From positions 1-55,595 of the IMG/VR virus record IMGVR_UViG_3300032246_001883: a stretch of DNA of 55,595 nucleotides, one strand, 5' to 3'. The stretch is from a virus. Lineage: Duplodnaviria; Caudoviricetes. This document shows, piece after piece, positions 40,361 to 48,746 of this stretch. Position 1 is the stretch's first letter, and every line of letters starts with the position of its first letter. The position numbers and the translations under genes are program-made. Below the pieces are notes generated by a model. The model did not search any database, was not told the origin of the DNA, and worked only from the letters and a program-made list of their open reading frames with translations.

Positions 40361-40515
40361 GATTGTAAAAATTCAATTAGTTGTGGAATTTCTTCCGATT
40401 CCATAATTATACATGATGATGATGTTGGAGGCAAGCCTTTGATTTTAGGAATTCTTTCTTCTTCCCTAACCAATATAATATTATTGCCTATTTTGTTGAT
40501 TTTATATTTTACCAT
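40321..40515 (-). CDS. Hypothetical protein
   Basis: 64-aa ORF filling the gap and overlapping the gp33 start. Confidence 0.45.
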   Translation of the reverse strand: MVKYKINKIGNNIILVREEERIPKIKGLPPTSSSCIIMESEEIPQLIEFLQSCQQNQKLQNLVK

Positions 40516-40521
40516 TTGAAT

Positions 40522-40544
40522 TGGGGGTTTTTATAGAACCCCCA
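40522..40544 (-). terminator. Hairpin after the OMP gene (terminator or stabiliser)
   Basis: TGGGGGTT...AACCCCCA inverted repeat; weak U-tract. Confidence 0.5.
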
Positions 40545-40552
40545 TAACTATA

Positions 40553-40996
40553 TTAGAATGAGTACTTCAAACCACCAGTAATCACGTTACCGTTAAATGA
40601 ATCAACTTTCTTTTGACCGTATTGATGATCAAATACAAGAACAGCCGACAAGTTTTTCATCACTGGAACTGAAACACCAGCACCAACAGTCATGGCAAAA
40701 CCATTATCGCCTGTTCGGTTGTCCAAGTAGGATACACCAGTACGAACATCAACAGATGCAAAGCTTGTTTTAAAAATATCATATGATGCGGTAACACCAT
40801 ACTTATTTTGGTCATTATCTCCTTTTGTAAAGCGAGTAAAACCTGCTTCTAGTCCTACTGGACCAAACTTATCACCAGCTACAATATTGAAACCTGTACG
40901 GTCAGTAGCTTTATCTTGTACTGCATTTACACCAACTTCAACAGCAGATGCGGAAAGTGCCAAAGCGGCCAATGTCGAAAAAATAACTTTTTTCAT
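40553..40996 (-). CDS. Outer-membrane beta-barrel protein (OmpA/Ail/Lom-like, about 8 strands)
   Basis: Signal peptide MKKVIFSTLAALALSASA, amphipathic strands, C-terminal GLKYSF beta-signal. Confidence 0.85.
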   Translation of the reverse strand: MKKVIFSTLAALALSASAVEVGVNAVQDKATDRTGFNIVAGDKFGPVGLEAGFTRFTKGDNDQNKYGVTASYDIFKTSFASVDVRTGVSYLDNRTGDNGFAMTVGAGVSVPVMKNLSAVLVFDHQYGQKKVDSFNGNVITGGLKYSF

Positions 40997-41020
40997 AATA
41001 ACTCCTTATAATTAATAAAA

Positions 41021-41055
41021 TGGTAGTTTAATTCTGTTACGAGGATAAACTACCA
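41021..41055 (-). terminator. 3' hairpin/terminator of the tmRNA coding piece
   Basis: TGGTAGTTTA...TAAACTACCA stem followed by TTTTATT. Confidence 0.65.
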
Positions 41056-41072
41056 AAAACCCTAGTCTGCGT

Positions 41073-41105
41073 TTAGGCAGCCAATGCGAAACGTGAGTCG
41101 TTTGC
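41073..41105 (-). other. tmRNA tag reading frame (A)ANDSRFALAA*
   Basis: GCA AAC GAC TCA CGT TTC GCA TTG GCT GCC TAA, preceded by the resume context AAAGTAACC. Confidence 0.92.
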
Positions 41106-41355
41106 GGTTACTTTGTTTTAGTTTTTACACCTACTCTGGTGAGTTGTCCACTTCTGTACTATTTGCCCTGTCGAAACTATGCACCCCCATCAAAAACACA
41201 CCGAGCACGGCTTTGCCACCCATATGTTTTCAGCACCACATAATCAGGTATCCGTGTACCGAGTTGCGTTAAGGATGTGCTTTTGGTGGAGGTGGGGGGA
41301 TTTGCACCCCCGTCCAGAACACATTTCAAGTTGCTTCATACAACCATAACTTCAC

Positions 41356-41384
41356 ATTATACATTAAATTATTTAGTCTGTCAA
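41356..41384 (-). promoter_or_regulatory. Consensus sigma70 promoter of the tmRNA with an embedded late motif
   Basis: TTGACA-17 nt-TATAAT; CTAAATA at 41370-41376. Confidence 0.85.
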
Positions 41385-42034
41385 GTATTCTTTTTGTAGA
41401 ATTCAATGGCTTTTACCAAACCCTCAATATGGTCTTCCGTTTTCTCAATGAATAGTCCAGGTGGTTCATTGTCAATCGCCATAATAGTCACCAGCTGATT
41501 GATAGGTTCACCAACTAATTCTTCATACATTAAAGCATATGCTGTTTCTTGCCAAAAATAATCTAAAATATCATCACGTTGTTTGATTCGTTTGGATGTT
41601 TTAAAGTCAATGACTGAAAGCACACCATCAAACTCACCAATGCAGTCAACACGACCAGCAAGTCCTAATTGTTCAGACCATAGTGCCTGTTCTTGGTAAT
41701 GTATATTGTCAATTCTGTCCAACAATGGAACCAAAGCAATAAACATCTCTTTAGCATCCGGCATGATATCGCCAAGTTTATCATTGTTTAGATATCGTTC
41801 ACATAATGTATGTACATTAGTACCACGTGAACTTGCCTGTCTTGATATCTTATTAGCAGCTTCTTCACCAACACGCTTACGCCATGCCATAATAGATGCT
41901 TTCTTTTGAGCACCGATGACTGTGGTTACAGATGGAAGTTTGTTTCCTGCTGGTGTAACGTAGTATCGTTTGCCATCAGGAAATGTTTGTGATTTTAGGT
42001 CTGGTAATACTTTAGGTGGACAATAATTAAACAT
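41381..42034 (-). CDS. PD-(D/E)XK exonuclease
   Basis: PSVTTV, RGT.VH, AGRVDC, IDFKTS, Q..AYA motifs. Confidence 0.88.
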   Translation of the reverse strand: MFNYCPPKVLPDLKSQTFPDGKRYYVTPAGNKLPSVTTVIGAQKKASIMAWRKRVGEEAANKISRQASSRGTNVHTLCERYLNNDKLGDIMPDAKEMFIALVPLLDRIDNIHYQEQALWSEQLGLAGRVDCIGEFDGVLSVIDFKTSKRIKQRDDILDYFWQETAYALMYEELVGEPINQLVTIMAIDNEPPGLFIEKTEDHIEGLVKAIEFYKKNT

Positions 42035-42049
42035 AATATACTTTCTTTT

Positions 42050-42274
42050 TTAATTTTCTATTTCAGCCAATACAATTTTATCATTTTTATAACTAACATA
42101 TTCATCTGGTAAGTGAGCGATTGAAAAAGAATCACCTCTATCTAAACCCAACATAATTTGATGTTTTAAATATTTGTTATTATTTTTGTTGACAAAATCT
42201 TCAGCTTCTTTTGCTGAATAAAATTTTTCATATTGTCCAGAAATTATGTTGAAAATACAATAAAATAACTTCAT
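42050..42274 (-). CDS. Hypothetical protein
   Basis: 74-aa ORF directly downstream of the Gly-rich gene. Confidence 0.55.
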   Translation of the reverse strand: MKLFYCIFNIISGQYEKFYSAKEAEDFVNKNNNKYLKHQIMLGLDRGDSFSIAHLPDEYVSYKNDKIVLAEIEN

Positions 42275-42276
42275 AA

Positions 42277-43773
42277 TTACCTGTTGTAATATGTTCCGAT
42301 GTTGCTATAAATTCCTGCAGGTACAGAAGAACCATAATAACCACGGTTTCTAAAATACGTATAACCACCAGCTCCGGCCCGTTGGTAACCAACTTCACCA
42401 AATACTACTGCAGTATTTTCAATAGTTACAGTTATACCGAAAAGATACTCAAAATCTTCAAGATATACTGCAAATCCAGCTCCACCACCAAGTGACTCTC
42501 CGGCACCACCAGTATTTGGATAAAGATATTCTGATGCTGTTGATCCTCCTGAGCCACCCCAACCGCCTCCACCGCCGCCACCGGTTACGCCGTATGTGCC
42601 GTCACCATAGTAAATTTGATTGCTGCCATACATACTCGCATAGGAGCCGGCAGTTGGCCAGGATCCATCGATTCTTTCATTACTTCCTCTACCATCTCTT
42701 ACTGCGTAATTGGGTGTTGCGCCTGTATATTGAGGATTTGCTTGCAGAGCCGGAGCGCCTGCACCATAGTTTGTGTTGGTCTTGAATGTGCCAATTGTGG
42801 TTATACCTGCGCTACCACCTCCACCACCACCAAGGCTATAAGTAGCGCTACCGGTACTTGAATTAGCTACTGCTGCTGATCGAGTTGGCAATATAAACCC
42901 TCCTCCACTGCCGCCGGATATATAGCGGTCGTATCTAGTTGGGAAACTAGAACCTCCATCATTTGAATTGAAATAAGTACTGGTACTTGCATCAGTACCT
43001 TTTGAGCCAAAAGTAGTAGCTCCTTTGCCAGCTCCACTAGGCGCATAACTAGTACCGTACAAGCCGCCCATACCGCCGCCAGCTCCACCACCACCACAAC
43101 TAAAGTATATGCCTTTAGTTCCAGTTCCACCTGAAATATTGTATAAATATTGGTTTTGATATGTTGATCCACCGCCGCCGCCGCCATAAAATCCAACATT
43201 AGCTGTTGTACCAATTGAACTTGGACCTTTGAGTGTAAGCGCTGAAGGTGTTCCTTTTATCCGAACAGCTGGTCTACCCCACATTCTAGCTGAATCTTGA
43301 GCAGACATGATGCTGTAAGTGCCGCCATCGCCGCCCCTGCCCATAACGCAACCATTCATAACAATAGTTATAGTGTCGTTGGAAGATAAACCTAATATAT
43401 TCAAAGATGATCCAGTTGCTGCACTTGTGTTAGCTGCAAGATTACCTAAATCTCCAGATGGTGGCATAATTATAGCGCCAGTATTGGCTTGTATTGTAAC
43501 ATCATAAGTCCCAGCATTTGTAGCACTATATCCTGATAATGTTGCTACATTAATAGTATAACCATAATACGTTCCAGAAGAAATATAACTTACAAGATTA
43601 ATACGGCTAGATTTACCATAACCATCTGAAAATCTAATTGTAGATTTATCTGTAGGCAATTTAAAAAGTGATCGTACATTGGTATCGTTGAGAGTTAACG
43701 TACTTCTCGCAGTAACTTTTAATTCAGTTTCAATATTATCAACTGAGATTGGTCCTGAAGTCTGTAACGCCAT
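42277..43773 (-). CDS. Gly-rich adhesin-like protein (gp38-like architecture)
   Basis: N-terminal MALQTSGPIS...I..EL...L.D..VR.L...DGYGKS, then GRGG.GG, GGGGGG and GGGGGWG loops separated by aromatic-rich segments. Confidence 0.65.
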   Translation of the reverse strand: MALQTSGPISVDNIETELKVTARSTLTLNDTNVRSLFKLPTDKSTIRFSDGYGKSSRINLVSYISSGTYYGYTINVATLSGYSATNAGTYDVTIQANTGAIIMPPSGDLGNLAANTSAATGSSLNILGLSSNDTITIVMNGCVMGRGGDGGTYSIMSAQDSARMWGRPAVRIKGTPSALTLKGPSSIGTTANVGFYGGGGGGSTYQNQYLYNISGGTGTKGIYFSCGGGGAGGGMGGLYGTSYAPSGAGKGATTFGSKGTDASTSTYFNSNDGGSSFPTRYDRYISGGSGGGFILPTRSAAVANSSTGSATYSLGGGGGGSAGITTIGTFKTNTNYGAGAPALQANPQYTGATPNYAVRDGRGSNERIDGSWPTAGSYASMYGSNQIYYGDGTYGVTGGGGGGGWGGSGGSTASEYLYPNTGGAGESLGGGAGFAVYLEDFEYLFGITVTIENTAVVFGEVGYQRAGAGGYTYFRNRGYYGSSVPAGIYSNIGTYYNR

Positions 43774-43777
43774 TTAA

Positions 43778-44488
43778 TTATAGTCCTTGCCTTTCTTTTT
43801 CTATTAGATACGAACGGACAAAACCAGATCGAACAACATCATCAATCGTAAACCTAATTTGTTTAACATCTTGAATGTTGGATAGTATTTTTACCGCATC
43901 TTGAAAACCAGATTTCTCTTTTTTGTTATTTAGGTCGTTTTGTGCAAAGTCTCCACACAGAACAAACCTACAATTTTCACCTATACGTGTTAGTACCGAA
44001 TCAATTTCGTGGAATGTTGCAGACTGAAATTCATCAAAAACTATAATACAATCTCTAAATGTAAGTCCACGTAAAAAAGATGTGGTCTGAAATTCAATAA
44101 TCTGTTTATTTATTAAAAAGTGCCAAGCATCACCACGTTGTACCAATTCATTGACAATATTCATATAAGGTTCTTGATATATTTTTGATTTTTCTTCCAA
44201 AGTGCCTGGAACAAAACCAATTTCTCTTGATGGTACCGCTGATCGAATAATTATGATTTTTTTATAATATGATCCAGATTCTAATATTTCTTTGAGAGAG
44301 AGATACAAGGCTAGAAAAGATTTACCTGAACCTGCTGATCCAGATAGAACTAAATTTTGTCCATCAAAAAACTCATCAAATGTTTTTTGTTGATTCTCCG
44401 TTAATGGCTTTATTGTTTTTAAGGAGAAATGCTGTTTGTTTGCTTCTTCCGCTGGCGATTTTTTCTGTCTTGATGCCATTGTCTCCAC
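43778..44488 (-). CDS. phoH: PhoH-family ATPase
   Basis: P.TENQ, GSAGSGKS, IGF.PG..EEK, FLRG.TF, DE.Q, GD..Q.DL, DVVRSG; true start may be ATG 44479. Confidence 0.93.
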   Translation of the reverse strand: METMASRQKKSPAEEANKQHFSLKTIKPLTENQQKTFDEFFDGQNLVLSGSAGSGKSFLALYLSLKEILESGSYYKKIIIIRSAVPSREIGFVPGTLEEKSKIYQEPYMNIVNELVQRGDAWHFLINKQIIEFQTTSFLRGLTFRDCIIVFDEFQSATFHEIDSVLTRIGENCRFVLCGDFAQNDLNNKKEKSGFQDAVKILSNIQDVKQIRFTIDDVVRSGFVRSYLIEKERQGL

Positions 44489-44566
44489 CCTTTCTTTGTT
44501 GTGTATTCTTTTGCGTGTTTTTATTCAAAGATGGACGCATTAATGCCGAGATAGGACGAATTTTCA

Positions 44567-44845
44567 TTACCACTCTCTTGGCATTTTAGTCTTATGACGA
44601 GATGCAATATTGTTTCCTGGAATTGTTTCCTTCATTCGATTGATGACATACTTTTCAAATGTTGAGTCGGCCTTACCAGTTCCTGGTGTATCCATGCGCA
44701 TACCATCGCCTAGTCCAGGTATGCTTTCTGGACCAAAATATCTTTGTAAGTGGGGATTGTTTTCTTTGAACTCATCATATTCTGCGAGACGCATTGTATG
44801 TTCTTCAATTTCATTTGTATTTTTGTTCAAGAATGTATAAATCAT
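44567..44845 (-). CDS. Conserved hypothetical protein
   Basis: 92 aa, Y.F.N..T.E..E..M...EYD.F...NP.L; overlaps its neighbour in the operon. Confidence 0.65.
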   Translation of the reverse strand: MIYTFLNKNTNEIEEHTMRLAEYDEFKENNPHLQRYFGPESIPGLGDGMRMDTPGTGKADSTFEKYVINRMKETIPGNNIASRHKTKMPREW

Positions 44846-45402
44846 GCGGTTTGAAACCAGTTTGGAACTGGTCGTGAGTTAATCTTTCCTTGCCAAGAAG
44901 CAAGGTGCTGTTTATTATTTATATAGTAATTGTGATATGATGCCATAGAATCGCCTGCCACTTTTACTTCATCAGGCATGGCTGGTGTTGGTTCAGACCA
45001 GAATACATCGGTATGTATATTTTTTGGTGGTCGTTCTAATGTCCAGAGTAGACCATCACGTTCTACTTTGTGTACCTTGCCGTAACGATAGGTATATTCT
45101 TTACATAACTCAATCAAAAGATTGTGTAACCAACGGTATTGCATTATACCTTTGCGACACCAAATAGCTGAAGGATGGTTGATATGAGTAGCAACATAGA
45201 GCTTAGACTCACGGCCGTCAGGAAGAACATATCTTTTTTGTTTACGACCAGTTTCACTGAGGCCAACAGACAGAGTGCCATCAAGCACCCGATGAGCAGT
45301 AGAAAGAAGTTGAGCATATTCAAGGATCATTTTAATGCAGTGTTTATCAACGTGCATTTCTGCACAGACTTTTGGATCATTATCAAGGTAAAAAATGTTC
45401 AT
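44842..45402 (-). CDS. Pyrimidine-dimer DNA glycosylase-like (DenV-related) protein
   Basis: MNIFYLD.DP..CA..H.DKH..KMILE.AQLLSTAH, H.NHP...W, EYT.RYGK.H, AMP motifs. Confidence 0.75.
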   Translation of the reverse strand: MNIFYLDNDPKVCAEMHVDKHCIKMILEYAQLLSTAHRVLDGTLSVGLSETGRKQKRYVLPDGRESKLYVATHINHPSAIWCRKGIMQYRWLHNLLIELCKEYTYRYGKVHKVERDGLLWTLERPPKNIHTDVFWSEPTPAMPDEVKVAGDSMASYHNYYINNKQHLASWQGKINSRPVPNWFQTA

Positions 45403-45692
45403 GTGTTCAAATACCGAATAAAACCCACAGTGTCAATGCAGGTAAGCAACAAATAATTAGCGACCATACCAAAACTTCTCCGAGTATAAGCAGCCCAGCA
45501 GTATATAATGCAACCGCTGATCCATACGGGATAGAGAATGTGAAAAGGAACATTTGGTACAGAGATGGCAAAAACAACAGCACAAAAAATAGAAGCAGCC
45601 CAAGTAAAAACTTCCAAGACAAAACGAATCTTGTTACTCTTCCAGTCATTTTTTATCCAATCAAAAATACCATAAACAATATCATTCATCAT
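45399..45692 (-). CDS. Small membrane protein (about three TM helices)
   Basis: Hydrophobic segments; start trimmed to MMNDIV to remove the overlap with the upstream ORF. Confidence 0.65.
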   Translation of the reverse strand: MMNDIVYGIFDWIKNDWKSNKIRFVLEVFTWAASIFCAVVFAISVPNVPFHILYPVWISGCIIYCWAAYTRRSFGMVANYLLLTCIDTVGFIRYLNT

Positions 45693-45870
45693 GTGGCACC
45701 ACATCCAATCTGCCATCAATAATATAACCACAACCACGCAGGAACATGGCAAATTCATCTAGAACATTATCAATATGTTCTGCTTCAAATTCCATATTGA
45801 TTTTTGTTCCTGGGTGTTTGTCGGTCAACGACAAGTAATTGTAATGTTGACCTGTCAATTCAAACTTCAT
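45682..45870 (-). CDS. Hypothetical protein
   Basis: EF.A.....VL..F..FLRGCGY pattern; GGAG upstream of ATG 45870. Confidence 0.65.
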   Translation of the reverse strand: MKFELTGQHYNYLSLTDKHPGTKINMEFEAEHIDNVLDEFAMFLRGCGYIIDGRLDVVPHDE

Positions 45871-45894
45871 GATATACTCCAAAAATTATACACA

Positions 45895-45923
45895 ATTATA
45901 ACATAACAAAAAAAGTTTGGCAA
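45895..45923 (-). promoter_or_regulatory. sigma70-type early promoter
   Basis: TTGCCA-17 nt-TATAAT. Confidence 0.75.
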
Positions 45924-45925
45924 GA

Positions 45926-47236
45926 TTAATATTTCCATCCTTCACAGAAACCAAATCTTCTTAATTTGACAAGAGCTTTTTCACATTTTTCACCAATATC
46001 TGTACGGTATTGTGGATCATTACCAAGTTTAACTTTATCTACTTGTTTGTATGCTTTATCTTTTGCTTCTGATATTGTATCACCAACACCTGTACATACA
46101 ACAATATAAGAACCTGCGGTACCCCATTCAGGCACATCTTCAACTAGTTCATCACCTATTTTACGAATTGCTTTGGTTAGTTTTACTTCACATGGATGTA
46201 TATGATCAACATCGGCATCATCAGTGATTACTGGAAAATCCAAATATTCTTCTTCATCTTTTTTGTTGAATGGAAAATCTGAGTTAGCCATTACGACACC
46301 AACACAAGTTTTTTCTTCAACCTCTAGTGAATTTTTACCATTGAGACAATCATAAATCCATTCGGCTGGATCACCTTTATGCAAAGGTTGCATGATGTTC
46401 CACATTGGATAACCAGGTCTAGCAGTCCATTCCATTGGCCATGGTGTACCATCTTTTTCATCAACAATACAATTCATGTCCAACATACCAGTGTAACCAA
46501 TAGCCATTAGTTCTTTCTCCATTGGCTTCATTAACATATCTGCCAACAAAGATTCTCTAGTATAACGAATAACTGTTCCCATCTCACCTGTGTTAACACC
46601 AAGGTCTTTGTTCATTTGTTTTTTGAATTCAAAACCTTCTGCCCAAAAATCATGCCAACCAGCAGGACCAAAAATGCCTGTGACAGCAATTTCAACACCA
46701 GGCTTGAATTCTTGTAGAATGAATTTTGTTGCTGGTTTGCCTTTTTCTTTTCGTTTAGTCAAGAATCCAATTAAATCTGCTTCATCTTTTGAAACATATG
46801 AAAGTGTTTTATCTTCTTCTTCACCACATGGTTTACACACATATCGGTTTGGATTATCACGTATGAATTTAATTGCTGCATCATAGTTAGAGAATTCGGT
46901 TGAAGGAATAATTGCACCACCGAATTTCTTAATGACATTTTGGCCATACATTCTATCTAATTCAAGTTTAGCTGCTGCTTTTCCTGGACCAAATATTGGA
47001 TAACCTTTTTTTCGGTAAACATCAAGTTCTTGCATAAATTCAAGGTTGTCTGCTGAAAATATAATATCAGCAACATCCATGTATTTTTTCCAATTATCAA
47101 CTTTATCAATAAGTCCTTGACCTATATGACTAGCTCTGGAACCTTTGGTGTACATTTTGACAGTGTGACCTGCTGCTACACAACGTAGGCACCAGTCTAG
47201 ATTTAGACCACTGGGATCTATTGATAGTATGAACAT
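45926..47236 (-). CDS. Divergent PurD (GAR synthetase)-like ATP-grasp ligase
   Basis: FGP...AA.LE.DR, V.KP, ILQEF..G.E, G.NTGEMG, EW.AR.G.P, G.TI.EA...AY, YRTDIG motifs; lacks GGREHA. Confidence 0.8.
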   Translation of the reverse strand: MFILSIDPSGLNLDWCLRCVAAGHTVKMYTKGSRASHIGQGLIDKVDNWKKYMDVADIIFSADNLEFMQELDVYRKKGYPIFGPGKAAAKLELDRMYGQNVIKKFGGAIIPSTEFSNYDAAIKFIRDNPNRYVCKPCGEEEDKTLSYVSKDEADLIGFLTKRKEKGKPATKFILQEFKPGVEIAVTGIFGPAGWHDFWAEGFEFKKQMNKDLGVNTGEMGTVIRYTRESLLADMLMKPMEKELMAIGYTGMLDMNCIVDEKDGTPWPMEWTARPGYPMWNIMQPLHKGDPAEWIYDCLNGKNSLEVEEKTCVGVVMANSDFPFNKKDEEEYLDFPVITDDADVDHIHPCEVKLTKAIRKIGDELVEDVPEWGTAGSYIVVCTGVGDTISEAKDKAYKQVDKVKLGNDPQYRTDIGEKCEKALVKLRRFGFCEGWKY

Positions 47237-47268
47237 GAGAAAATCCTAAAGTAAGTAGATTACCTTAT

Positions 47269-47275
47269 TATTTAT
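47269..47275 (-). promoter_or_regulatory. Late promoter-like ATAAATA upstream of the ATP-grasp gene
   Basis: Same TAAATA core as before the structural genes; no clear -35. Confidence 0.5.
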
Positions 47276-47281
47276 TCTATG

Positions 47282-47581
47282 TTATTCTCCAAACTTTGGA
47301 ATTTCTAGTGCACCTGTTTTTTTCTTAGGTGTAACTACTGGTTCAGGTTTTGGAAAACGTTTTGCTATGTCATCAGCGGATACTGTGTGCATTACAAATT
47401 GCTGAAATAGAGTATACTCATCAGAAACACGAATTGCAATTCTAGAATTCATTCCTGCACCATCGAGCATTGATAATTCACATCCACCAGCGGCAAGAGG
47501 AGCAATTTCAACAATATGATCCAAATTTATAATAACTGGACACTTTTTTTCAACCGAATTAACTTCAATAAACATTGACAT
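47282..47581 (-). CDS. Hypothetical protein
   Basis: 99-aa ORF with an RBS. Confidence 0.65.
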   Translation of the reverse strand: MSMFIEVNSVEKKCPVIINLDHIVEIAPLAAGGCELSMLDGAGMNSRIAIRVSDEYTLFQQFVMHTVSADDIAKRFPKPEPVVTPKKKTGALEIPKFGE

Positions 47582-47582
47582 T

Positions 47583-47810
47583 TTAATTTCCTTTATAAAT
47601 GTAAAAAATAATTAATATGATAACGAAAAAAATGAAATATTTAATAAATTTAAAAGATTCATCACGATAATAATCAACTTCAAGTTTAATCATATCACGC
47701 TGAGCCAATATCATTTCTTGACATTCACTTTCGCCGCCTAACATATAAACAGTCTTTTCAGACTCTTTTAATCTGCGTACAGCACTTATATAGTGCAATA
47801 TAGATATCAT
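47583..47810 (-). CDS. Hypothetical protein with a C-terminal TM helix
   Basis: 75 aa ending FIFFVIILIIFYIY. Confidence 0.6.
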   Translation of the reverse strand: MISILHYISAVRRLKESEKTVYMLGGESECQEMILAQRDMIKLEVDYYRDESFKFIKYFIFFVIILIIFYIYKGN

Positions 47811-47914
47811 TCTTCTTCCGTATCTAAAAATTCAACGGAAGAATTATCAGGATCCCATTGCACTGTTTCATCTAAGTCCCAGTATGTTGTATCTATTCTT
47901 TGATTTTCTGGCAT
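47807..47914 (-). CDS. Small acidic hypothetical protein (35 aa; not in ORF track)
   Basis: MPENQRIDTTYWDLDETVQWDPDNSSVEFLDTEEE; ATGA overlap with the next gene. Confidence 0.45.
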   Translation of the reverse strand: MPENQRIDTTYWDLDETVQWDPDNSSVEFLDTEEE

Positions 47915-47919
47915 ATACA

Positions 47920-48069
47920 CTATTGACCCAAATCAAAATCTGGGTGGCCAGTTTGTGGGTATTTTTTGAATTGTCGTGTACGTTCATCAATTTCATTGAC
48001 ACGCTCTTTTAATTCTTTCATCATTTGCTCAAGTCTCTCAATAACTTTCAATGCTTCTTCATTAGTCAT
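47920..48069 (-). CDS. Small coiled-coil hypothetical protein (49 aa; not in ORF track)
   Basis: MTNEEALKVIERLEQMMKELKERVNEIDERTRQFKK...; fills the gap. Confidence 0.5.
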   Translation of the reverse strand: MTNEEALKVIERLEQMMKELKERVNEIDERTRQFKKYPQTGHPDFDLGQ

Positions 48070-48071
48070 AA

Positions 48072-48746
48072 TCAATCCCACAAATTTTGATAATATTTTC
48101 CAAACAAACGAAAGCCATTTTGAATTCGTTCTTCAACAACTTTCATTCCCTCATAGTCACACTTGTATGTATTATTCGGTCCTTCAACCCATTGATACAT
48201 AGTGGCTTTGCCATTTTCATCCCATTCAACAGCAACAGTTTTCATATCGTGGTCACCTGAGGAAAATGCATCTCGCCATGATTCATCTTGTTTAGATTCA
48301 AAGGCGAAAATCATTTCACTCAGCACCCAATCCCAACGCTTGAAATGGTTTTCATCAACATCATATTCATTTACTTTTGGTGGTGCATTGGTTGATTTCA
48401 ATTCATCTGGTACATCTTCATCATCAACAAAGCCTGCACCATGTGTGGTTACTCTTAACTGTTTCAACATAGGCAAAGCAATCATACCTAGTGTGGCGTC
48501 CATCGACCATGTATCCCATCGGTCAATCTTTACATAATCAATTTTGGGATGTACAAAGTCGAGGAACTTTCTGATGGCACCACAAATAGGGGTCAATCGT
48601 TTCACCCACTTTTCATACTTGTGGTCAGGCTCATCTTCATGGTTGTAGAATACATCTTTGTCTTTCTCCCAAAAGCAAACCTTTTCCAAAATTTCGTAGG
48701 GAGAAATCCAATGACTGCGATAACTGTTAATATAAACCTTCATCAA
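48072..48746 (-). CDS. Conserved phage hypothetical protein
   Basis: ID.WDTWSMD.TL..I..PMLKQL, WDWVL.EMI.AF, GFRLFGKYY..LWD. Confidence 0.75.
   Translation of the reverse strand: MMKVYINSYRSHWISPYEILEKVCFWEKDKDVFYNHEDEPDHKYEKWVKRLTPICGAIRKFLDFVHPKIDYVKIDRWDTWSMDATLGMIALPMLKQLRVTTHGAGFVDDEDVPDELKSTNAPPKVNEYDVDENHFKRWDWVLSEMIFAFESKQDESWRDAFSSGDHDMKTVAVEWDENGKATMYQWVEGPNNTYKCDYEGMKVVEERIQNGFRLFGKYYQNLWD

Larger units (their letters stand above)
41021..41349 (-). ncRNA. ssrA: tmRNA gene, circularly permuted (two-piece). Acceptor piece ~41349-41284, intervening segment 41283-41189, coding piece 41188-~41021
   Basis: The 3' end GGACGGGGGTGCAAATCCCCCCACCTCCACCA precedes the 5' end GGGGGTGCATAGTTTCGACAGGGC; 7-bp acceptor stem with G3.U70; tag ORF; perfect sigma70 promoter upstream. 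Confidence 0.92.

Noticed and set aside
41084-41272. 62-aa plus-strand ORF
   Set aside because: Antisense to the tmRNA, with no RBS or protein-like features.
41284-41320. Possible tRNA gene (T-arm plus CCA)
   Set aside because: No anticodon arm and no upstream 5' acceptor strand; it is the tmRNA acceptor piece.
44376-44573. 65-aa ORF overlapping the phoH start
   Set aside because: Although an ATG abuts the upstream stop, it overlaps phoH out of frame by over 100 nt and has no recognisable features; not supportable without conservation data.
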